From Eledone cirrhosa (lineage: Eukaryota), in the NCBI GenBank assembly GCA_964016885.1, contig OZ024743.1, forward strand, positions 367,722,001 through 367,786,000: a DNA stretch of 64,000 nt, given 5' to 3'. Positions 37,121-47,154 of this stretch are shown here, one piece after another. Made by a program: the position numbers and the translations under genes. The first letter of the stretch is position 1, and each line of letters starts with the position of its first letter. Under the pieces are notes generated by a model. The model was not told where the DNA came from and made no database searches. It saw nothing but the letters and a program-made list of their open reading frames with translations.

Positions 37121-40100
37121 ATCATCATCATCATCATCACTGTTTAACGTCCATTTTCCATGCTAGCATGGGCTAGATGAGTTGTCCTATTGTGAACCAA
37201 GCCAGATCAGATGACCACATCTTGCTCATACTGGACTGATTTGGGCTTAGTTTCTACGGCTGAATGCTCTTCCCAATGCCAACCACATTTAGAGAGTGGA
37301 CTTGGTGCTTTTTGTTGTGATACCTATATGATCACTTTGCAGTGAGGACTAGGCGCTTGTTGTCATGAGACCTACATGACCATGATCCAGTGTGGATTAG
37401 GTGCTTTTTGTCATGACACCTAAATGACCACTTTACAGTGTGGGCTGGGTGCTTTTTGTTGTGACACCTACACGACCACTTTACAGTGTGGGCTGGGTGC
37501 TTTTTGTTGTGACACCTATATGACCACTTTACAGTGTGGACTGGGTACTTTTTGTTGTGACACCTACACGACCACTTTACAGTGTGGGCTGGGTGCTTTT
37601 TGTTGTGACACCTATATGACCACTTTACAGTGTGGACTGGGTACTTTTTGTTGTGACACCTACACGACCACTTTACAGTGTGGACTGGGTGCTTTTTGTT
37701 GTGACACCTACACGACCACTTTACAGTGTGGACTGGGTACTTTTTGTTGTGACACCTACACGACCACTTTACAGTGTGGACTGGGTACTTTTTGTTGTGA
37801 CACCTACACGACCACTTTACAGTGTGGACTGGGTGCTTTTTGTTGTGACACCTACACGACCACTTTACAGTGTGGACTGGGTGCTTTTTGTTGTGACACC
37901 TACACGACCACTTTACAGTGTGGACTGGGTACTTTTTGTTGTGACACCTACACGACCACTTTACAGTGTGGACTGGGTGCTTTTTGTTGTGACACCTACA
38001 CGACCACTTTACAGTGTGGACTGGGTGCTTTTTGTTGTGACACCTACACGACCACTTTACAGTGTGGACTAGGTGCTTTTTGTTGTGACACCTACACGAC
38101 CACTTTACAGTGTGGACTAGGTGCTTTTTGTTGTGACACCTACATAACCACTTTACAGTGTGGACTGGGTGCTTTTTGTTGTGACACCTACATGACCACT
38201 TTACAGTGTGGGCTGGGTGCTTTTTGTTGTGACACCTACACGACCACTTTACAGTGTGGACTAGGTGCTTTTTGTTGTGACACCTACATAACTACTTTAC
38301 AGAGTGGGGACTGAGGTGGGGGAAGTCCATGGGGATTGGAGAGGTAGATCTAGGATAGGACATTTATAAGGTAGAGGTGTTAGGACGTTGGTGTATGGAA
38401 AGGGGGGTAAAAGAGAGTAGTGTATACTTCAACCTGCACACATGTGAGAGGTGTAATTGTGTAAGGTCAGCTTTTATCACCTCAACCCAAGTCTTCTTAG
38501 GCCTTCCTACTCCATAGTTTCCATCAACTTTGAGTGCTCTGTACCTTTTTAAACAGCTGTGATCTGGCATATAGAGGATATGTCCATATCACCACAATCT
38601 CCTTTCCTGCACACAGCATCTGATCCCTCTATGCCCACTTTCTCTCTCAGCTCATTTATGCTTTGCCTTTCATGTATATTACACATCCATCAAAGCATGA
38701 CAGCTTCATTTTTTTTTCCAAACTTTGCAGGTTCTTTGCATGCAGTGCCCAGGTCTCACTACCATGTAACATTGTTGTTTGTATACACACAATCTGTCCT
38801 TCTTTTTGAGGTAAAAACTTTTTATGGTTAGCAACAGTAGCAGCTCCCTGAACTCTTTCCATCCTGTTCTCACTCTGGCTAATGTACCTTCAGCACCTTT
38901 GGTCACCCAGGTAGTAGAAGCTGTCAACTACTTCTACAGAACCTTCCAAGAATTTGATAAAGTTTGTTTCCTGTGAGTGTTTGTTACTGCTCCTGTGCAA
39001 CTGTTACAAGTAAAACCTATATTCTTAGCTAACCTACCTGAGATCCCACTACATCTCTTATATACCCATAGCTTGCATTTGGGACAAAGGATAGAATTTC
39101 TACACACCCGTTTCCTACACACTGAGCAGGGACAATTCCCAGAAGAGATCAGGGCCTTGTTTTCCTTACTACTTATTAGAACTTTGGTCTTTGCCAAGTT
39201 GATTTTAAGACCCTTTTGATTCCAGGTTATGCTACCAAGTTGGGAATTTTTTCTCTAGTTCTGTCATAAATTAAGCTATGAGAGTTAGATCTCAGTATTC
39301 AGGAGTCCCCATGGGTATCATGTTTTAAACTCTTCTGTTATAGTCTGTATAATAAACAGGAGAGGCTAATGATGGAGCCTTTGCTGGCCCCCAAATTGCA
39401 CACTAAACTCTTCGTTATAGTCATTATTAACTTTAATCTTGCTGACAACACCTCTGTACAAGGCTAGTACTGCCCTCACTAGCCACTCATCTACTCCTAG
39501 TTTCCTAAATACCCACCAGATTACAGAATGGGGAACCCTGTCAAAAGCTTTCTCTAGACCGACAAATACTTTGTTTTTAGCTAGATACTTCTCCTGCAGT
39601 TACCTCAAAGGAAGATGATATCTGTGGTACCTTTTCCTGGCATAAATCCAAACTGCATCTAGGTAAATTTTATCCCTAATCAATTGTACAATGACTCTTT
39701 CTGTAACTTTCATGGCCTGGTCCATCAGTTTTGATTCCACCATAGTTCCCTCTGTCTAGTGCTTCACCTTTGTCCTTGTAGTAGTTGATGATGAATCTGC
39801 TATGCTAGTCATTGAGTATGGCACCATTTTGTATAACTTGGTTTACAATATGGGTGGTTATGGTGTAACCATTCCAGTTACTTTCAGCATCTCAGCAACT
39901 ATTCCCAATGGCCCCGCTGCTTTGCTTGTTTCCATGTTTTTAATTGCCTTAGTTACTACACTGCTACTAACTTGTACCACAGGTCCCTCTGTAGGATCCA
40001 CCTGGGGCAGGTTATCTTCTTCCCACACATTCTCCTCATTCATTAGTCTTTCATAATAACACCTCCATGCTGCCTTTTCAGTTTCAGGGAGGACAAGTGC

Positions 40101-41400
40101 ACCACGGTCTTCATGAACACACTTCTCTCCCACGACATCACTATTTTCCCTGACACACTGCCTTGTGATTCTGAACACTTCACGTCTTTGGTCAGTATGC
40201 TGCATAACATGAATACATTTTTTACTTTCCGTTTCCCTCCTTGCAAAGCATACTTGTCGCCTAACCTCTCTCCTGGCCACTTGGTAATGCTCACTGCTAC
40301 CTCCATTTTACCATACCTTCCATGTCTGTCTCTTGGTCTGAATTGTTTAATCCATCCTCCTATTTCATCACTAAGTCACTCTCTTACTCCCTGGCCCTCT
40401 GCTCCAGCCACATACGTCATTTGTGGCCTTCAGTAGATTGTCTCTTAGGAACTCCCACTCCCTCTATATTTTTTGTTGCTATTTCTTCTTCCATATTGTC
40501 AAAAGTGTCAAGTAAGATATCCTTAAATTTGTTGCAGACAGAGGGCTCCTTCAATTTCCATATCTTCTTCCTTTAGGTCACCCTCGATCCCTGAGTTTGT
40601 CTAGCTCTAATTAGTAAGTCACTGACTACTAGGTTATGCTGAGAGGTGCATTCCTCACCAAGAAGGGACTTTGTGTTTACTACTATTGCTCTATCTCACT
40701 TTCTGGTGAGGATGAAATCTATTTGGTTGGTGTGCTCACCTGATCTATAGGTGATCAAGTGGTTGACAGGCTTTTTGAAGTTAGTATTACAGATCACCAG
40801 TTCATTAGCATCACAGAATTCCAGGAGTCTGGATCCTTCCTCATTTCTCACACCAAACCCATACGCACTGTATATCCCATAGAAACCATCATTGTGTTGC
40901 CTTATGTGTCCATTAAAGTCTCCTGCTATGATTAATAGTTCCTTGTCATTCACTAGAAAAGTAGACTGAATTTGAGATTCATAAGTCATCTTTCAGTCCA
41001 TCTGATAGTCTTGAATGTGGTCCATATGCAAATATAATTGTTACAGTCGCTCTATCTAGGACCATGCTGAGTTTAACGATTTTGCCATTTACTCTATATA
41101 CTGTAATTACATTATCTGCCCATTTTCTGCTAACAAAATACCTAACCCAGAATCATTTCCTACCTAGAAAAATTTTTAGCATCGTTTTTTTCTCAACAAG
41201 CAGTCTAGCTGATCCTCCTCTCTACTTGTACACAATATACATCTACTCTCTTTCACTCTAACATCTCTACAATCTCTCCCTATCTTCATCTTATGGTGCC
41301 TACATAAATGGTTGCTGCTCTGAAGTTTTGGAGTTTTCTGGAAAAGTGGGATGGAAGCTTTGGCTGAGAGATGGAATCTGTATTGGAGTTGGTGCCAACT
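37121..41400 (-). mobile_element. Heavily decayed near full-length RTE LINE whose 3' UTR holds a minisatellite
   Basis: APE (GDFNGH, NQIDFIL), RT, PHD and C-terminal remnants on the minus strand; (TGA)n tail at 37121-37139. Confidence 0.85.
37286..38312. repeat. 48-bp minisatellite, about 21 units
   Basis: Unit ACTTTACAGTGTGGACTGGGTGCTTTTTGTTGTGACACCTACACGACC; the 16-aa periodic ORF confirms the 48-nt period; the leftmost ~3 units are diverged. Confidence 0.97.
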
Positions 41401-41856
41401 TTCCATGCCTGAAATAAAAAAGGTTTGTTTGGTCGCCTGTATTCAAGTGGATTCATGCCAGGAAGATGTTTTCAAATCTTAATGTCAAGCCACTACACAG
41501 TCTAACTAAAACACACAGCACTCATACCTTATATTAATGAAAGTAGTAGTAATAGTGATGCTAGAGTTAAATTTGAAGATAATTTGCACTACCATCGTTT
41601 GATTTGTCTAGAATACACTACACAGCTGTTAAGAAAATGCATTTATATAAATTTTAAAATTCTAGGAGGGAAAGAGAAATATTAAATTTAGAATTTACAT
41701 GTGGCATAAATCTATTTTAAAATACAATGGGGGGAAGAGAGAGAAATAAAAAATATAATTTATATATAAATGTACACACTTGTACACTACACAACCGTTA
41801 AGAAAATGCATTTATATCAATTTTTAAAATCCTATTAGAGAAAGATAAATATTATA

Positions 41857-43352
41857 TCATCATCATCGTCATCTTCGTTTAACGTCCATCTTCCACGCTA
41901 GCATGGGTTAGACGGGAGTTGTCCCACTTGAGGCAAGGTTGGTCGGGTGACCGTGTCTCACTCATATAGGACTATCTGGCAGGTTTTCTATGGCTAGATG
42001 CCCTTCCTAACACCAACCACATTTACAGTGTGGAACTGGGAACTTTTTACTGTATTACCTACATGGCCACATTACAGCGTGACACCTACATGATCTCGAT
42101 CTCATTATCTCATGTATTTGAACTGGATGTTGTGGTACCAACTTTATAGAGAGAGGGTGGTGTTGGTGGGAGTGGGAGGATAGGGTAGGGGTAGTGGATT
42201 GAGGTGTACATTTGGTTAAGAGGTGTCTACTGACTGTAGGTTTCGTTTTGTACATAGGCAAGGCGGGTCTTCTGTATTACTGCGTAGCGCCAAAGATCTC
42301 GGTCCAGTGACATTGTCTTAGAGAGGTGCAAGTGTGTAAGGTCGGAATTTATCAGATCGTCCCAGGTTTTTCTGAGTCTACCTACTCCGTAATTACCATC
42401 AATTTTGATCGCCCTGCACTTTTTTATACAGCTGTTGTCTTTCATGCGCATCACATGACCATACCAACGTAGTCTTCTATCAAGTAAACAGCATCTGATC
42501 CCTCTTATTCCTAATTTCTCACTTAGTTCATTTATATTTTGCCATTCACGTATATTACTATTACACATCCAACGGAGTATGCATGCTTCGTTCCTTTCCA
42601 GTCCTCTGCACGCAATGCCCAGTCTCACTGCCATGTAGCATTGCTGTTCGTATGCAGGCATCATACAGCCTGCCTTTCATTTTTAGAGAGAAACCTTTTG
42701 TGGCCAACAGCGGTATAAGCTCTCTGAACTTTTTCCATCCCGTTCTGACTCTGGCTACTGTATTTTCAGAACACCCTCCACCACTACTGATTTTGTCACC
42801 CAGGTAATGGAAAGTGTCCACTATTTCTATAGAACCATCTGGGCAATAGAAGGAGCTAGTATCCTGTGGGCACTTGCTACTTATTGCACCTGAGCATCGG
42901 CCACATATAAAGTCTACGTTCTTAGATAGTTTACGTGTGATCCCACTACATCTTTTATGTACCCATACTTTGCATTTGGGACATAAAATGGAATTTCTGC
43001 CTACCCCTTTCCTACACACTGAGCATGACCATTTCTCTGTAGGCATTTGTGCCCTATTTTCCTTTATACAAACTAGAACTTTAGTCTTAGACAAGTTACT
43101 TTAAGGCCTTTTGCTTCTAGGCCATGCTTCCATGTTTGAAATGTCTTCTCTAGTTCGGCCATAGATTCAGCTATGAGAGTTAGATCATCTGCGTATAGGA
43201 GTTCCCATGGGCTGCCTGTCTTGAACTCCTCTGTTAAAGCCTGAAGGGCAATAATAAATAGGAGGGGGCTGAGGACAGAGCCTTGATGAACACCAACTTT
43301 TACACTAAATTCTTCACAATATTCATTGTTAATTCTAACCTTACTGACTGTT
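41857..43352 (-). mobile_element. 5'-truncated RTE LINE with intact PHD motif
   Basis: GVHQGSVLSPLLF, LLYADD, CSVC..CPKC..HKRC..CGRC, GSET and LRWYGH motifs; (TGA)n tail. Confidence 0.92.
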
Positions 43353-43478
43353 ACACGCATATAAACAGATATGTAACTGTTGGGGCAGCTGACTCAACAA
43401 GAGGGTTGAAAAAGTTATTATTCACATTTGAATCTTTGCAGTCTTAATATATACACGTGTGTGTGTGTGTATGCGCAC

Positions 43479-43534
<56 letters not shown>

Positions 43535-43539
<5 letters not shown>

Positions 43540-43594
43540 AACAAGTAAGACCCCGACGGCTGAGCTCAGCCGTCGGGGTCTTACTTGTTCCTAT
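43535..43594. repeat. Perfect 60-bp palindrome with no loop
   Basis: ATAGGAACAAGTAAGACCCCGACGGCTGAG|CTCAGCCGTCGGGGTCTTACTTGTTCCTAT, directly after (TA)n. Confidence 0.95.
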
Positions 43595-43888
43595 TACCCA
43601 CTCTACTACCCTAAGTATTGAGTACTTTGGTGCGTTATGGTCCACCTGATTCCTTACCACATTTCCTTCGTTATATATATATATATATATATATCTTTAG
43701 GTTTGTTGGTTCACCACTGGATAGAATTGGTAATTCCGTATGGTCAATCTTGGTGTAATATTGTGGAGAGTACTCAACGTAGTGCAGTTCAGCCGTTTTC
43801 GTTTGTGTAGTGGTGGTGCGAATACGGAGTTAATTATAAATAAAAATAACAGGAGGCTGGACTAGTGTAAATCCTTGAAAGGTTTATT

Positions 43889-43946
43889 ATACTATGATCA
43901 TTTCAATAACCGGGTTCCATATGAATCCGGTGATATCATCAGGTAT
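43889..43946 (-). ncRNA. Candidate minimal type I hammerhead ribozyme (copy in the inverted arm)
   Basis: Minus strand ATAC-CTGATGA-[tatcACCGG..CCGGTtatt]-GAAA-TGATCA-TA^GTAT, followed by AATAAA. Confidence 0.65.
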
Positions 43947-45515
43947 TCGAAATATAACAAAGGAATATGTAAAAACCATGGGTCCGAAAAATCAGAGACA
44001 GAGAGGACGACTGACCAACTAGCTGCCTTCACCTCGGCCAGTCGCCCTCAAAGTGATGGCTACTCGATCTGCTAATGACCATCTGGTAAGGGGGCGAAGG
44101 CTTATAATGTACTACCACCTCTCCGTCAAAGAATAAAAAAGGGGAAGAAAGAAAGAAAGCAGAAAAAAGAAAGAAGTCAAGCTAGAAAACGCCGCGAAAA
44201 ATGTTATTCTGAAGAATCTATTTTTTAACAAAGGCTTATATAATGGGTGTCTGTATGGTTTAATGTGTGAACAGAAATTTGGAACGTTAAACTTATGCTA
44301 CGAGTTATAGGATGAAATTAAATTAAAAAATAATAAATTGAAAATTGGAAAATAAATAAAATAAATTATTTAAAGAACTTACAGAGAGAGTCTTATTTAT
44401 TTGTAACTTTCCTTACTCAGGTCATTATGCACCTTTCATAGCCCCCTACACACCAAAGGACCACACTACTTATAACCCGGACTAACTGGGACTTTAAAAT
44501 AATTCTAGTCTATTTGCACTCTTTATTGGGTTTTGCTACCTTCGACTGATGTGGTGGCTTTACCCGGCTGCGCGATGGGCGCTCGGAAAGTTCAGCTTTC
44601 CTTGAGTGCTTGGAAAAATAAATTTCCCCTCTTTCGGTAAACGAAATTACTCGGAGCGCATTGCTTTGCCCCGGGCCCGCCGCGCCGCCTGTTTTGACCG
44701 TCATATTATACTTATACCTATAAACTCTAGGCTTAGGCATAACTGTTAGCTGTATCATGCTTCTACTGGCACGTAAATAAACCCTCATGTGTGAATTAAT
44801 AGTATTCGTTTGGTATTGACGATGACCTGTCGAAATTGTAGACTTCCCGCTAGCACACCCGGGACCTAAGGTAGCTACGTTCCTTGAGTACTCGGAAAAA
44901 TTAATTTCTATTTCTTTCGCTGGACGAAACTGGCTGACACGTGGTTAGGAGGTGCTGGCTGGGATTCACAATCGAAGGCTTTAATCTTTACTCTATATCC
45001 CACCCTGATATCTTATCGAGATTAACTTTTTCATATAAGACTCTCTCTGTAAGTTCTTTAAATAATTTATTTTATTTATTTTCCAATTTTCAATTTATTA
45101 CTTTTTAATTTAATTTCATCCTATAACTCGTAGCATAAGTTTAACGTTCCAATTTTCTGTTCACACATTAGACCATACAGACACCCATTATATAAGCCTT
45201 TGTTAAAATATAGATTCTTTAGAATAACATTTTTCGCGGCGTTTTCTAGCTTGACTGTAGTGTGACCCTTACGCTGACTTCTTTCTTTTTTCTGCTTTCT
45301 TTCTTTCTTTCTTTCTTCCCCTTTTTTATTCTTTGACGGAGAGGTGGTAGTACATTATAAGCCTTCGCCCCCTCACCAGATGGTCATTAGCAGATCGAGT
45401 AGCCATCACTTTGAGGGCGACTGGCCGAGGTGAAGGCAGCTAGTTGGTCAGTAGTCCTCTCTGTCTCTGATTTTTCGGACCCATGGTTTTTACATATTCC
45501 TTTGTTATATTTCGA

Positions 45516-45573
45516 ATACCTGACGATATCACCGGATTCATATGGAACCCGGTCATTGAAATGATCATAGTAT
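45516..45573 (+). ncRNA. Candidate minimal type I hammerhead ribozyme
   Basis: ATAC-CTGACGA-[tatcACCGG..CCGGTcatt]-GAAA-TGATCA-TA^GTAT. Stem I ATAC/GTAT; palindromic helix III ATGATCAT; AUA cleavage triplet. The base of stem II is imperfect. Confidence 0.65.
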
Positions 45574-45691
45574 AATAAACCTTTCAAGGATTTACACCAG
45601 TCCAGCCTCCTGTTATTTATATATATATATATATATATATATCGTTTCTGAATTTGTTTATTGGCAACATGACCCTCCCAAATTATAACAA

Positions 45692-47150
45692 TATATATAT
45701 ATATATAAATGGCAATTTCTGTCTGTCTGTGTATCACCAGTTGGCGCCTACACCATTGATCCGATTCTGATATAACTTTACACACATGTTAAGCTAATAT
45801 TCAGAAACAGGACTGGCTAATTGGATTTCAATAAAAATCAATAATGGAACCCCTGGGGACATCTTTGCAATCGGGAGGAAAGAGAAGACGTTTCAGTGAG
45901 AGAGGTGAAGAGGAGATACTACTACTGTATGTTAAATCCTCCCTCCCACTACTCCCACAATTCAGTCCTCCAAAACGAGGCAACAACTTATTAGAAATAT
46001 ACATAAAGAAATTCCAAACAAAGCAAACATAGTACGTTCTTGATTGTTCTCCATTCTGTAGAGAAAGAGAGAGAGAGAGAGGGGGTGTGAGAGAGAGAGA
46101 GAGAAGAGAGAGAGGGTTTTAAAAAAAAGAAAGAGAGGGGTTGAGAAAGAAAGAAAGAGAGTGAGGAGGTTAGGGGAGGGGAGAATATGATAGCAGTGTT
46201 CGATAACTTTAATTTTTATTTATTTATTCTTTACATACTGTTTAACTCTCCCCCTTCCTCAACCTTACATCTCTTTCTCTCTCTCTTTCACACAAGACGT
46301 ACTGTGACTGTGTGTGTGTCCGGGGAAGTTACAATATCCGCACACAGACACACACACAAACACGCATCTCTCTATATATATATATCTATATCTCTATATA
46401 TAAAACTGAGGATGTGTGTGTATGTCCGTACCCACATAACTTCTACAGTTTGCAACCGATTTTCTTCAAATTTGGAACAAACATGCGTTATGTTCCCTGG
46501 AGTGTTATGGACTCATAACATTTTCAAGTTTTTATCTAATGCAGCCCCTAGGTAGAGGAAGGCTGTCTCTGGATCACTGTGACAATCACGTCATATATGC
46601 GAAACATAAATAATTTTGGTTAATATTTTACTCATCTTAGTGTGTTATATCCTTTTTCTTTAGATAATGGCTCCAAGGAAGAGATCCGCCATTGGTCGAA
46701 AATCAGCAAAAGTTGAGAGAGGGAAAAGAAGAAAGGCAAATGAATAGCCAATGGAGGCTGCAATTAGATGATCGCAAGATGCTGAATGTAAAGCTACTGT
46801 AAGAGCGTTAGAAAACTACGAGCAGCATTGTATTTAAGACATAGGTTACTTATGTACTCCGGATGGTCATGGGCACTTTCATTTTTCCAGATATTGATTA
46901 TAGGGCCCCACGGGGGGCAGATAACTTCTTCCTTGGTGTCGACTGAAGTGCTGCAATTCAATGCAACAAAACGTCATAACTTCTGGAGTTCGCAACTGAT
47001 TTTCACCAAACTTGACACATGGGCTACGTATGTTCTACAGATGAATTTGAATACTCAGAATTGGCACATATGGAGTAGGGAACCCCCTTTTGGAAAAAGC
47101 CGATGATTTTGTACAAGTATAGTTTTCGAAGCAGCAGTGAAGTATTGACA
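45692..47150 (+). mobile_element. Helitron-like non-autonomous remnants
   Basis: Two TATATATAAA..(CTGT)n/(GT)n..CCGATT starts at about 45692 and 46391. A short basic ORF start MAPRKRSAIGRKS at 46667 after a splice acceptor resembles Rep/Hel N-termini. Confidence 0.45.
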
Positions 47151-47154
47151 TGAA

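Larger units (their letters stand above)
43696..45618. mobile_element. Non-coding Penelope-like or retrozyme-like element with inverted pseudo-LTR arms (43844-44396 and 45035-45618)
   Basis: Inverted arms differ by about ten substitutions, one 23-nt indel and a TTTC copy-number change. Hammerhead motif plus AATAAA near the outer end of each arm; unpaired tail at 43696-43843; (TA)n on both sides. Confidence 0.75.

Noticed and set aside
37286-38312. CRISPR array or genuine Cys-rich protein gene
   Set aside because: Units are head-to-tail with no unique spacers, the context is eukaryotic, and the ORF is a by-product of a 48-nt period antisense to an RTE UTR.
43875-44075. 66-aa ORF duplicated on the opposite strand at 45387-45785
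   Set aside because: Simply reflects the inverted arms; it is antisense to the hammerhead and poly(A) orientation and has no recognisable domain.
44815-44845. Third hammerhead in the spacer (TTGACGA-TGACCTGTC-GAAA)
   Set aside because: C3 is missing, the stem II loop is only 2 nt, and no stem I or III pairing was found.
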